In this document: in pieces, positions 52,475-64,000 of the stretch
Layout of the letters: every line of letters begins with the position of its first letter
How positions within the stretch are numbered: the stretch's first letter is position 1
Made by a program: the position numbers and the translations under genes
The notes under the pieces: model-generated
Database searches by the model: none
Seen by the model: only the letters and a program-made list of their open reading frames with translations
Told to the model about the DNA's origin: nothing
DNA from: Utricularia gibba
Taxonomy: Eukaryota; Plantae; Magnoliophyta
Length of the DNA stretch: 64,000 nt
NCBI GenBank assembly: GCA_002189035.1
Contig: NEEC01000012.1
Location: forward strand, 124,001 to 188,000
Direction of reading: 5' to 3'

Positions 52475-54113
52475 TCTGCTCCAAGGGTGTCTATCACACA
52501 GCCTCAACTGGGGAAACCAAAGACACAACTATAAGTTAGCCTCCGCATTTCAAAATAGTTTGGTTTCAGCGCTAGTGTAAATGAGACAGAAGCTACTGAT
52601 CAGAAAAAGAGAGAGACAGACGTATTTTGAAGAGCCCAGATGGAGAGATCTGGTCAAATGTTGGAAGCAGGGGAAGCTAGTGGAAACAAGGGACTAGATG
52701 GAGACAATAATGAAGATGTTTGCAGTTTCAGTGGCAGACACCATCGTGAAGACGTTTGGTCAAAACGGTGACTTTTCTTGTTCTTCTTCTTCTTCCGGTG
52801 AGGAAGAGAGAGAAGCAAAAAAACCAGCAACCAGATAAGTAGCTCTAACAGGGATCTTGTGGGGGTAGGCCAATTCTGGGCTTTTAGGAGGGGGATGAGT
52901 AGATTTTTGGAAGGAAGTGCATTGAATGAAAAGGGGGAGGGAGGCAACAAAAACCGGAAAAGGTAAAGAGATAGAGATATGAAAACACGGTTGAATGTGA
53001 CAACATTCACACACACCTCTACCTTTCTCTCTTCTCTTCTCCTCTCCTCTCCTCTTAAGAGAAAATAACATTTAAAACACTGCCTCGAGATGGATTTTTT
53101 CATGTTTTTTTTCTGTTAAATAGAGAAAATTATATAGTTAAAATTATGTTTCTTTTGGTTGAAATTGCTTGAATGTTATATTAATTGTATTCTGCATAAG
53201 TTGAAATTATATCTATAATATTCATAAAAAATATAAAAGAAACACAACAGCCCACAGTAAATACAAATTATATAAAAAATACAAAAGCTGTGTAAGATGA
53301 GGGCGCTTTTGGCTCACCTGTCGTGCCCTGTTACACAAATATCCATGATAATAAAAAAAACTCATTTTTTATTATTACAAAAATAAGAATGTAATAAGGT
53401 GATTGGTTTATGAGAATAAAGCCAAATATTCCGTAAATTTAGCATAACTTTTGGGAATAAATTATTAAAAAACGAGAAATGTTATATGATTTTAGAAACA
53501 GACATAAGAATGGAAAAAAATATTTATAATAATGCATAAGTTACGGTTTTAATATTGTACATTCCAAAATCCCAAAGTATTTGTATGAGCTGGGCATAAA
53601 AGAATAATTCAACAATATAATAAATGAAAAAAATTTGTGCATTTCAAAAACAGAAATAATTTTCCAAAATAATACAAAATATGTAGAAATAGATTATGTT
53701 TTTTTAGTTTCTACTTTGGAAAAATAAGAAATAGAACTTGAAGTTAATTAAATTGTGTTTTTGTAGACACCAAGCCCCTAAGGCAAAGGGAATAAACAGT
53801 AGCTGTCCTTGTCATATCTTCTAATAAAAAAACAAATACAATATAAATGGAGTTTGGAAAAAAGCTTTAACCAAGAGAAAATATTGCATTTACAAACATC
53901 AAATAATTCATCTTATTTTCCATTTGAAATCAAATACGATTCAAATGTCAGGATGTTATGAACATGAACAATAAAAATATTTATTTTTGTACCAGGAATA
54001 GGATGCATTCGCATTTGCATTTGCATGCCAATCTAGTGAGCTGATCATGGACTTTTTCAGTGTATTTAGGGGTTCGTCGAGGTTTGCGTCTCCCGAACAA
54101 GCTTCTGATCAGC

Positions 54114-56546
54114 TCATACATGAGCAACGGTGCTGAAATGGTCCCATGCTTCCTGCATTCACAAAACCACATTTTCCAGAGCACGCCGAGGGATGCGATG
54201 CGGGGATGGGCTTGTTATCAATACCTGTAAGATTTCGAAAACCTTTTCGGCGAGGTATTTCTGATGAAATGCAGCACTCCTCTGCTGCAGCTTATCAGGG
54301 TGTAACTGAAGCATGGCTTTCTGGTATGCTCTTCTTATGGAGTTCGCTTCTAAGAGATCCACCAGAGGCACCGGTTTCCAGCCGCTGCCGGGCCAAAGAA
54401 CCTGAAAGAACCACTGAGTGTTGTGAGCGTTTGAGGATCATGCAGAGTAGACGAAGATCAGAATCACAGTGAGTAGGAAGGACTGTCGTCTTCGTGATTG
54501 GCCGTACAAATTGCAAAGTTGATAGCAGCGACTGAATATTCCCTTTCTTCCCGGCTGACCAGTTCCGAATCTTAGCATCGATTTCCTGCACGGAGTCAGA
54601 GATGCAACTGTGTATCTGAAAATGTGGTTCGAAGGGGATGTAAATAAGCCCTTTCTTCCTACTGCTCGAGTTCATAGCCAAATATGATTCTAAATGAAGC
54701 TTACTTTTGTACTCTCGATCTTTGTGGGGGTGCAACAGTCTCAGGATCTTCAGAGAGTACCTCAACCTGAGTGCAAGAAAAAGAAGAAGAAGGTGGATGT
54801 AGTTGACAGTTGAGGGCAAGAAAAAGCTTGCTGTAAACAGATAAGCACACATACCATGAAATTCACTTCAAAAGGATCAATGTCACTTTCTGGTGAACAC
54901 ACCGTATCCGGATGGAGCATCTCTGTACAAAAACAAATATATATAGCGCTCATATGTCACTTCAGGATTTCTTATTAAAATGACAAGCGAATAGTATACT
55001 AAACCTCGTGAAGATGCCGCAGAGCGTTTCTCTTCTTTCTCGCACTTGAGATTTTCACTCGCCTGAAAATATTCATGTTTATGAAGCTGACTGATAGAAA
55101 AAGTCAAAACTTCCTGGTGATGGAGGCATCACCTTTGATGAATCATCGGGTTTATGATCAGCATCACGTTGCCATTCAGCATCCCATCTTTCTTTCGGTG
55201 TGTTCGCTGCTGCAGCTGCGCTCCTCGAATGGCTGGAGTTAACAACTTCCGTTCTCTCGTCTTGGCTTTCTCTCAAAACATCAGCAAGATCTCTTGTATC
55301 AGCAAACTGACTGAAAGCCTCAGCAAGCTCTGTCTCCCCCTTGGCTCCTTCCATGTCCTCGGCGTTTGTAATCACACTTTCATCGTCAACTCCCGACACC
55401 TTCAAATCATAAACTCCATCAAGTGTTTCTCGGAAAAAATCCTCAAGGTTTTTTCTTGCTCCTCGTTGGGTCCTCGCATCTTTTTTCTCGGGTCCTGTTC
55501 TCGAAAACTGGGGAGCACCAACTACCACGTCACCCTTCTTGGATTTCATACAATTCCCATCCAGAATGTGCATCAGTTTCAGCACTGGAATTCCATTACT
55601 AGCCCACTTGTAAAAGGAGAAGTGGCAATCCGTATCATCATCTACAATTCCTTCATCATTTCTCATCCGCCGCCCAGGATTTCCTTTCTGATCCGGGGTT
55701 ACGGAGTAAGGCAACGATCTGCTGTATCTCAATGAAGATTCCTGAGGTAAATGCCCCTGATGGAAAATCGATTTATCATCTTCATGGCCCTGAAAGATTC
55801 TGTTTTGGGATCTCGATGAGCTACTTGGACTACCACGAATCCCACTTGTGCCTCCATTCCCCCGTCTGTTACCAACTCCTGGAAGTTCGTTGCCTTCATC
55901 CAACCTCGCAGACACACTATACAAATAATTCAGCACAGCATATCAACAGTCTAATCATATCAACGGAAAAAAAAAACAGAAAGGAAAAGCGGTTGAAAGT
56001 GATTCAACTGCATTCCAGAGCTGGAGCTGAATTGCTTCTTCAGGATAAATCACTTTCAGATAAGCAGGAAAGTCTTATATTGACATCCTAAGAACAATTG
56101 ATCCAAATTATCAACGTGGGCATCAGATAATGATGTGTGAATTATATCAAGAACCTGAACTTATGAGGAAATGAAGAGCTTAAATTCTCCGGTTTGGGAG
56201 TTGAATTCCTAGCAGGAGGGCTCGTGAACCTCCAACTTCCATCGTCGCCATCAAGGTATGTCCTTGGAGAGCTAGGCGACTCATCGCCTCCATATATATC
56301 ATTGAAGAAATCTTCGCTGAGACTATGTCTTTTGGAGTTGCTCACTTCGCCAAAGACGGATTTTTCCTTCAAACATCTGGTGGATATGGAGGATCTCTCC
56401 TCAGAATCCTCAACCTCGTCAACATTCCTCCTCGCTCTAACTTCTCGAGGCGAGAATCGCCTCGGCGGTCCCCCAAAAACGTCATTGAAATCAATACTAT
56501 CAGCACTTCTACGGGAAGCTCCAAAATGGAAACTCTGACTCTTCAT
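54114..56546 (-). CDS. JAC1: Auxilin-like J-domain protein (JAC1-like), multi-exon
   Basis: N-terminal DFNDVFGGPPRR, then C-terminal [41 protein letters not shown]...AYQKAMLQLHPDKLQQ...AEKVFEILQEAW (HPD motif). Confidence 0.88.
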
Positions 56547-57210
56547 GAACTTACGTTACAACTTCAGAAGCCATCGAAAGAGAAAACAAACATTAAAATA
56601 GCAGAGAATCCGTGCCCAGAAAAAGGACCCTTCTTTGGCAGATGAAGAATAGTTGCCAAGTTATGAGATTCATGAACATAGACATGCCTTGAGGTGATGG
56701 AGACAAAACTGGAAGGCCGCGGCAATGTGGGGCATTTGGTCGGAGGGTTGTAAGAATTTGTGGCCACAAACAAGTGTCCAGTGTAACTGTCAAGTGACAG
56801 ACTGCTATACAGGATAACGAACGCAACAATGGTGCTCCAACCCCCCCTTTTATATTCATAAGATGTACGATTCATTTTTTGTCTTCCCTTCCAAACCATC
56901 CATCAACTGGGTTCCTGTGTTTGAAACCGCCTGTGAAAACCATGGAAAAGAGATTATGCAATCCATATCAATGCACAAGAACTTCCTGTGAATTATAAGG
57001 GCAGAGAAAACGTAAAATCATGGATCCATGGACTCGGAGGGGGACAATGCTAAATCGGAGTGCTTTTTCAGTACCCTTGAAAGCAACCAGAGGTCTAGCC
57101 AGATACAAGTTCGATGAAGAACACAAAGAATGTTTTTTTTTTTTTTCCCCTATTCGGCGCTCCAAAGTCCGTAGTGGGAACTGGGAAGTGTAAATAGTGT
57201 AAGGTAACTT

Positions 57211-60200
57211 CTATACATTGTGGGCGTTGGAGCCCAGCAGCTTCTCCTCCTCGGCAGGATTGTCAACCATGGACATCTGAACACTTGCCTTTGAATTCAT
57301 CTTATTCCACTCGTTCTCAACGCGGAAGAAGACCCACTGGAACCGGCGAAAAATCTCCAGGGCGGTGATAGTGAACACAGTGATGTAGTTGTGGCGAAGA
57401 TGGGCAGAGAGCTTGTATGTCCACGTGCAGCGCAGGATGAGATTGCTTCCGATGGCCCAGAAGTAGACCTGAAAGATACCGAAAGCTAGGATCATCACAC
57501 CCTCAAGATAAGGACCGCTGTCAATCATGCACAGGGAAGAAACACGACTATATTACCCACGTCCTTCCGTAAAGTAAGTAGGATAAGGTATGCGGTTTGC
57601 TGAATTTGAAAATCCTTGTGAAGCAGCTGAGGTGAAACCAAGAGATTGGATGTGAGCAGCATATGAAATAGATTCATAGAAAACAGAGATCAACTTCATT
57701 CATATATTGAAAGTACCTCAAGTCCCAGTCCCTTGTGATATCCCAGTAGAAGGAATAAAGCGAATTCAGTACGCTTGAAATCAGCCAGAGTGGACGGTAA
57801 AAAGTGATCCAATTATCAGGTATAACATGGTACTTCAGTGCAGAAAGAAATATAACCGGAATGGCCGTCGAATACTTCAAAGCTGAAACAATAAATAAAA
57901 CGGTTAATACTTGATGCGTACTAACTTAAATGCCATCCCACAACTTTAGCCAACACATACAACCTTACAAAAAGAGCATTTCAAATAGGATGTACATTTG
58001 CAAAAAATCATTCAAGCATAGAAAATATCCAGAAAAGATGTCTAACTAACCGTTTAAGAGTGAAGACTTTTCTCCAGTATCTTTGTACTGTCGAAGGCAT
58101 TGAAAGAATCGGAAAATGTAAGGCAAAACAAGAACTATGGGTATTGCGACAGCATGGCTCCCACAAACAGAATCAGCTTCAAACCATGCGATGGTAGCAA
58201 CCTTCAAATTTATGAGGTGTCATACAAAATTGAAAAGTCCATGCTTTTTTGACTAATAATTTCTGGGCATCAAACCTGACGATGAACCATTCGGCAAACT
58301 GAGCGCTCCAAGTCTGAGAAAACCTGCACCATACAGAAGTTTATAATTGCTGAAGAGATAAATCATGTAATCAACAAACAGCAAAAAAGCCTGCACGCAA
58401 CAGACAAAAAATATAGATAATCCACCTAGAGGATATGATTCGCATTACTGCGATCCCAAGGACTACTTTCGTTAAACCAAACACAAGTAAATGAATACCC
58501 ATACCTTTGACATGGAGGTAAATATATCAGCCAAAAAGAAGTCCGGAAATGAAATTGCCTGTTTTATAAAAACATAACATGATAAGAATACTACATTAAG
58601 GGGAAGAAAGAAATAAATTTGCACATTACAGAATTAAAATACTACTTAAACTTGCCTGCAGAGGTAACACTATCCGCCAAACAGTTCTCAATAGGAAGAA
58701 ACGAGATGAAAGATAGAAAATATCAAAGGGAAATATGAGGGTCATTGTCAAAGCAGCATACAGTAGCACCTGCAATTTCCAGTAAGGGTGTTATTAAGTT
58801 ATCAAACTAAGGAATTGTTTCTGTATAGAAATAAAAAAATCGAGGATCCAAAGACACTTGATATCCTATATTTGGTTTCTCATGCTGAAGATAATCCCTT
58901 TTTAATTCAGAAGTGGGTTGGTGACCGTGGTGAGAAAATCAAGCCCATTTTTGGGGGAAACGTCTGCAATTATTTTCCTAGAGAGGTTTCCCTGATTGTT
59001 TACCGCTGTAGATCTAGCAGAGTGGAAAACAAGATGAGTATTTGGGCTAGGAAGTTTCTAAGTGCACAGTCAAGTACTAATTACTTCGGGATGGCACCTT
59101 GAAGTAGTCTTTTTAGTCAAAGACTGATGGATGTTGAATGGGACTCAAAATAAAAAAAACTGATAGTTTTACAAGAAGAAACATCTATTACACTGGTTGA
59201 GAGGCAGCCAATGAGACTTCTCCATGAGAATAGAGGTAAAGGTATGCAGTCATGCTGGTTGGTACAATGATCGTCAACCAAGTAGCACACTGAAAATTTA
59301 AGACAGTGCATAAACCCCGTAAGAAAAGAAAGCATAAGGATGATATCTAGTTTCAAATTTGATTATGAAATGTAATCTTTCATTTACATATCCAAATATA
59401 CGGCAAAAAGAAAATTAAAGGCATGGGTTGATCAAGAAAATTTCTGGCACACAATAAAGATAAAACAGGAAAATCCAATGCCTCATATGGATCATGGCAA
59501 TGTCACAATTAAGAATTCAAAAGGCATTTTTTTCCAAAGCTGCCTTTTCAACACTTATAAGACACCATCTATCTATTCAAAATAAACTTTTTTTTACAGA
59601 AACATGGAGGGCTTGAAGATTTAACATGACTGTGTACCTTCCATATCTCTCGATGTGTGAGGCAATTTTGATCTAGATCAAAAATTTTGACGTAACCAAT
59701 ATTAGATTGGGAAAATACCCATAAATTTATTCCCCACAGCCATACCATCATTGTCTGTGCTGACAACAAATAACATATGAGAAAATGAAAGTTTAGAAAA
59801 TATAGTTCGTAGATATAGAGGCTCACTGACCACAAGGAGAAGAGGATTGTAATACAAGAAGGCTTCATACAAAAATAAATCCCGCAGGTCGGCGCCCATT
59901 CTCATGACAGAGTCCCATCCTACCTGTAAAATGCAGCAAATAAAAATATTAGGAAACAATTTTCCACAATGTAATAACCTACGTCTAGAAAGAAATGATA
60001 CTTAACCTTCTCTAGGTTTACTATTAAAAAATAGACGACAAAACACACCTTGCAACAGCTGAACCCCCAAACAAAGAACAGTAGCACCTGCATGTTGAGT
60101 TTTCTTTTAAAATCAAAATTCATTCAGGATATGAAACCATGTGAAAAATAAAGATACACCAACAAGTAGATATCCCTTTAGAAGGGATAAATTGCATCCA

Positions 60201-60586
60201 TACTCAATATCAACGCTGTTTAGGAGCAAATATCACCATCATATGGGCATGGCCCAGAAGAATTGCACATAAAAAATTCCCAGCATCACTTAAAAAAATA
60301 CCGGACCTTGAATCTCCACAGAAGGATAGGAGATGGCATAATTGCCGCGCTGCTTAATGGCGTTCCCCCAGCCTTCATCTCACTAGTCTCAGATTGAAGT
60401 AGATAATCTGAGTCCTCACCTGGAAGGCAAGGACGATATCACATTCACAAGAACAAGCCCAAGACTCATTGACAACAGAAAGAACGGAACCAAAATAGTC
60501 TTACTGAGATCAAACACAACGGGACGGCTTCCAGACTTGCGTAAATGAGGGCTATAGCTAGAGATTGACCCGGCACCTCCAAGCAT
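57211..60586 (-). CDS. EXS (ERD1/XPR1/SYG1) domain protein without an SPX domain, multi-exon
   Basis: SPHLRKSGSR, PSPILLWRFK, FLYEAFLYYNPLLLV, FPDFFLADIFTSMSKVFSDLERSVC, FFQCLRQY, YSFYWDITRDWDL and EIFRRFQWVFFRVENEW. Junctions are in frame, including one GC-AG intron. Confidence 0.92.
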
Positions 60587-62190
60587 AGATGGAGGTGATG
60601 GTCTCGCCGATCAAGCGTGTATCACACAGACATAGCTGCCATCACACAGGCACTAACAATAATCGAAATCAAACCCAGCCCACTCAAAAGATGACATAAT
60701 TGAGGATCAACTTCCACAGTCAATGCTCCAGAAATCAAAAACCATTGAAACCCAAATACAAATAAATCGAAATCAAACCCAACCCACTCAAAAGATCATA
60801 TACTTGGGATCAAATTCCAAAGTCAATGCTCGAGAAATCAAAAAACATTGAAACTCAAATACCAAAAGACAATGTACTCACCGAAAACCAATGAAATTCC
60901 GAAGCATCTTTCCCTCAAAGCGCAGTTCAATCTCTACTCGACCCGAAATGAATCAGACAGCCTACAGGCTTGGGCTTTTCTGCATATCGATCGAGACACA
61001 ACAGAATTTGGACAGCGACAGTTTGAGAATCGCAAGGATTGAAGATCCAGATGCCCGCAATCTGTTCCCAGTTTCTGTCAAACAGTGTGGATGTGTTCAA
61101 TGTACATTTGCATTAGAAGGGAAGGAAATTACTTATAACGTCCAAGTAGAGGTTATTAATTAAACAACTTTTCAAACCCATTCAATTCAAATCACTTTTA
61201 CATAAAAAATTAATTTTTGTGAATTAATTAATTAAATTCAACACATTAAAAGATAACTTTTTTATGAGAGTTAATTTTTAAAATTGATTTTGAATTTGAA
61301 TAAATTATAATCAACATGATTTTGTAAATAACTTCTTTATCATAATCACTAACATTTTTTATTCGAATAAATTTATTTTAATTTTTAAATGATCATTTTA
61401 ATAAAAATATCTTTAAACTATCATAATAATAATATAAAACATAGTACATAGATTTATATCACATTTTAATAATATACATAATTTATTAATTTATAAAATA
61501 TAATAATTAACGAATATAATTAAATATGTTATGTATTACAGAAATTTATAAAATGTAAATTTTATAACAATTATTTTAAAACATATATATTTATTTTATT
61601 TATTTTATTAGAATTTTAAATGGGCTCAAATTTTCAAGTTAATGAGCCCAATAAATGAGAAAAAGTATAAAGATATAACTCGGTAATGATACTTGTTTTC
61701 TAGTTTATATTAATTATTCTCTCTTTATTTCATATTTTTGCATACCTTTTTAAAATTATGTATTAAACACATGAATATATCCAATTCAATCCAAATACAT
61801 GAATAGATAGGATAATTGATTCCATTCATTCCAATAATAATTCTTATTTTTTTTAGATATTTTAAAATATTATCAAATTGTTTTCAATTCATCAGAGAAA
61901 TGATTTCATACTAATTTTACAATTAAACATTAAAATGGATTCAATTTTTTAAAAAAATTCATGTGTTTCAGATTAAATCTAGACTTTTTTATTCAAAATG
62001 TTATCCTCAACAAAATACACCTTCCATAATCCAAACTAGAGCAAAGGCAGATGATTCCATTCATCTGTTAGTAGGTTAATCCATTTTGGATTAATAATAT
62101 AATCCACATAAATTCTTAACTCATTTTTTTGGGAATTCACACTCCAAAGAGAAGTACACCACAGAGCACACGTATAACAGGAAGGTGAAG

Positions 62191-63492
62191 TTCTGCAGAC
62201 CACTCAACTCCAAGTAGAAAGACAGATACATAGATAGATAGATGGATGGGTGGGGTATTCATTCATTCACTGGTGCGGATCATGGAGCCAAGCACGCTGC
62301 ACCCAAGCTCACATCCTGGGCAACAAGAGCAGTATGAGAGTGGAGTTTCATGTATTCAACAACGCGCACGAGGAGAAACTGGGCTTACAGTAAGGGACGA
62401 TCTTCCATCGTTGATTATCTCCCTTGGTCCATCCCCAAAGAACGATGATCGAGCCGTCGTGAACTCCCCCGTGGTCCTTGTCGCCATGAAAAGCATCGAA
62501 ATTCAGACGGATGTTGTTCACCATTCTTATAGCAAGATAACCGTCTCCCAGTGGTTTGCTCTCGGACCATAAAATGGATTCATCCAGGAAGTGGGGATTG
62601 TAAGGGATCAGCTGCACCTGTCATGACACAATAGAGAGGGAGAGTGTTGTAAGCCCCAATCGGTCCTTGTGCTGAGTTGCTTTTGATGTGGGAGAGAAAT
62701 TACGGGGTGGGTTGAACCGATGGAGTGCTTGATGGCCTGTCTGGTTGCTTTGTTGATCAGAGCAAAGCCAGGGTGCCCCTCATCATCCTTCACTGTTGAG
62801 CCGAACCTCTCATCCCTTATCCAGTGCTGATGTCAAAAAGAAAAAATAAGCATAGCGTCACAGAGCAACAAGATCGAATCCAGTTAAAGTACTTTTTTTT
62901 TTGGTATCGATTCCGAAATTTCACAAAGGAAAAATAGTGACTCAAGCGCTGAAGTCAATCATCTTAAGCTTCAAAGTATAAGACGGTTCGTGCAATTAAC
63001 GAAACCAAAGACGCCCAAACAAGCCATGCTGTCTCCGATTTCTAGGGTCGGAACAGGGGATGTAAGAGATCGGATATCAGAAAGGAAAGCGTCAATCGAA
63101 GCTAACCTGAAAAGGGTCTAAAGGATCAGCGCGAGCAAGGATCACTTTACCATCGCGGATAGAGAGGCAGTGGTGATTCTCAGCTTTGCAGTACATCTTC
63201 ACAGTGGGCCTGTGAAACACTTCATCATCCACCTGGTGGGCATCATGGTGATGGCGCGGATGATGATGAGGGGGAGGGGCAAACGCGTTCACCCCTGGTG
63301 GCGGCGGAGGTGGGTACACTTCCAGGCCTGGGCCGTGGTGGGAAACGTGATACACTTGAGGAAGCGGTGGTGGAGGATGGTGGACATTGAACACCGGCGG
63401 CGGCGGAGGGGGGTAGACTTCCGGGGAGGGCCTCCATGGGAGACATGATAGACTTGAGGCGGAGGACCACCATGATGATGTTGGTGATCCAT
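62191..63492 (-). CDS. EULS3: Euonymus-related / ricin-B-like lectin (EULS3 / R40 type); exons 63492-63107, 62826-62704, 62617-62389, 62192-62191, with a 1-nt frameshift near 63423 as assembled
   Basis: EUL domain: PTVKMYCKAENHHCLSIRDGKVILA...QHWIRD...FALINKAT.QAIKHSIG..HPVQL...DESILWSES...IRMVNNIRLNFDAFHGDKDHGGVHDG...NQRWKIVPY. His/Pro-rich N-terminus. Confidence 0.9.
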
Positions 63493-63577
63493 GGAGTAGT
63501 TGAATTTCCTTCCACTCTTCCGATCAAGCAGTAGGGGTTGTATAGGAGAGGATGATGGATTGCTTCGCAACTAAGAT

Positions 63578-63593
63578 ACGCGTGTGGACGTGT
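63578..63593. promoter_or_regulatory. ABRE plus CGCG/coupling-element pair upstream of the EUL gene
   Basis: ACGCGTG (63578-63584) and ACGTGT (63588-63593) lie ~90 nt upstream of the ATG. EUL/R40 lectins are known ABA/salt-responsive genes. Confidence 0.5.
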
Positions 63594-64000
63594 AGGCCTT
63601 TCGAGTCGACCCAATAAATAACTCTGTCGTAAAAGAGATTCCGTTCCAAGCAAGGCCTTGTTCCTTCACCACTAGATTGTGCTCCAGAATGGTCGGCGTT
63701 AGCAGAATACCCATCCATATAGCCTGTAAATTTTCAAGGCAGATTAGTCAACTTGTATAAAAAATAATTAGTTTCATTAATTCATGTATAAAAACTGTGT
63801 TTCATAAATATAATTAAAATTTATTTTATGAAATATATTTAATAAAAGATGTTATAAGTAATAGTTAAAATTTTACTATAACAAACAATGATTTCGAAAT
63901 TAAAATTAAAATAATTTATAATTTTTTTAATAGTAAGTAGACAAATTAATTAATTATATTTAATTATTAATATTATATAAATTAAAAATCAATATATTGT

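Overview
Plant (angiosperm, probably eudicot) nuclear DNA: AT-rich, spliced genes separated by decayed transposons. I can support 12 protein-coding genes: an R2R3-MYB of the MYB44/73 type, a VEP1/PRISE reductase, an At2g23090-like small zinc finger, a SOB-FIVE-LIKE gene, an MFS transporter, FAM91A1, an RNF5/RNF185-like RING, RPS11/uS17, a DeSI/PPPDE peptidase, JAC1 (auxilin-like J protein), an EXS-domain protein and an EUL lectin. Transposons: three MuDR/MULE remnants (one carrying a Ulp1-type protease), several copia/gypsy fragments, and a fully delimited copia element (45070-51516, TSD AAGGC). That element contains an Athila-like solo LTR (TSD GGGTT) and a long-TIR MULE-type MITE, and sits 110 bp downstream of the DeSI stop codon. 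Several otherwise conserved genes have single-base lesions: 1-nt frameshifts in homopolymers in DeSI and EUL, a premature stop in the MYB, and a truncated RING. These are either early pseudogenisation or assembly errors. In DeSI, retaining a 64-nt intron would exactly restore the frame. I found no RNA genes, no CRISPR array and no convincing new multi-gene system. All alignments and counts were done by eye. Family names come from remembered motifs, not database searches.
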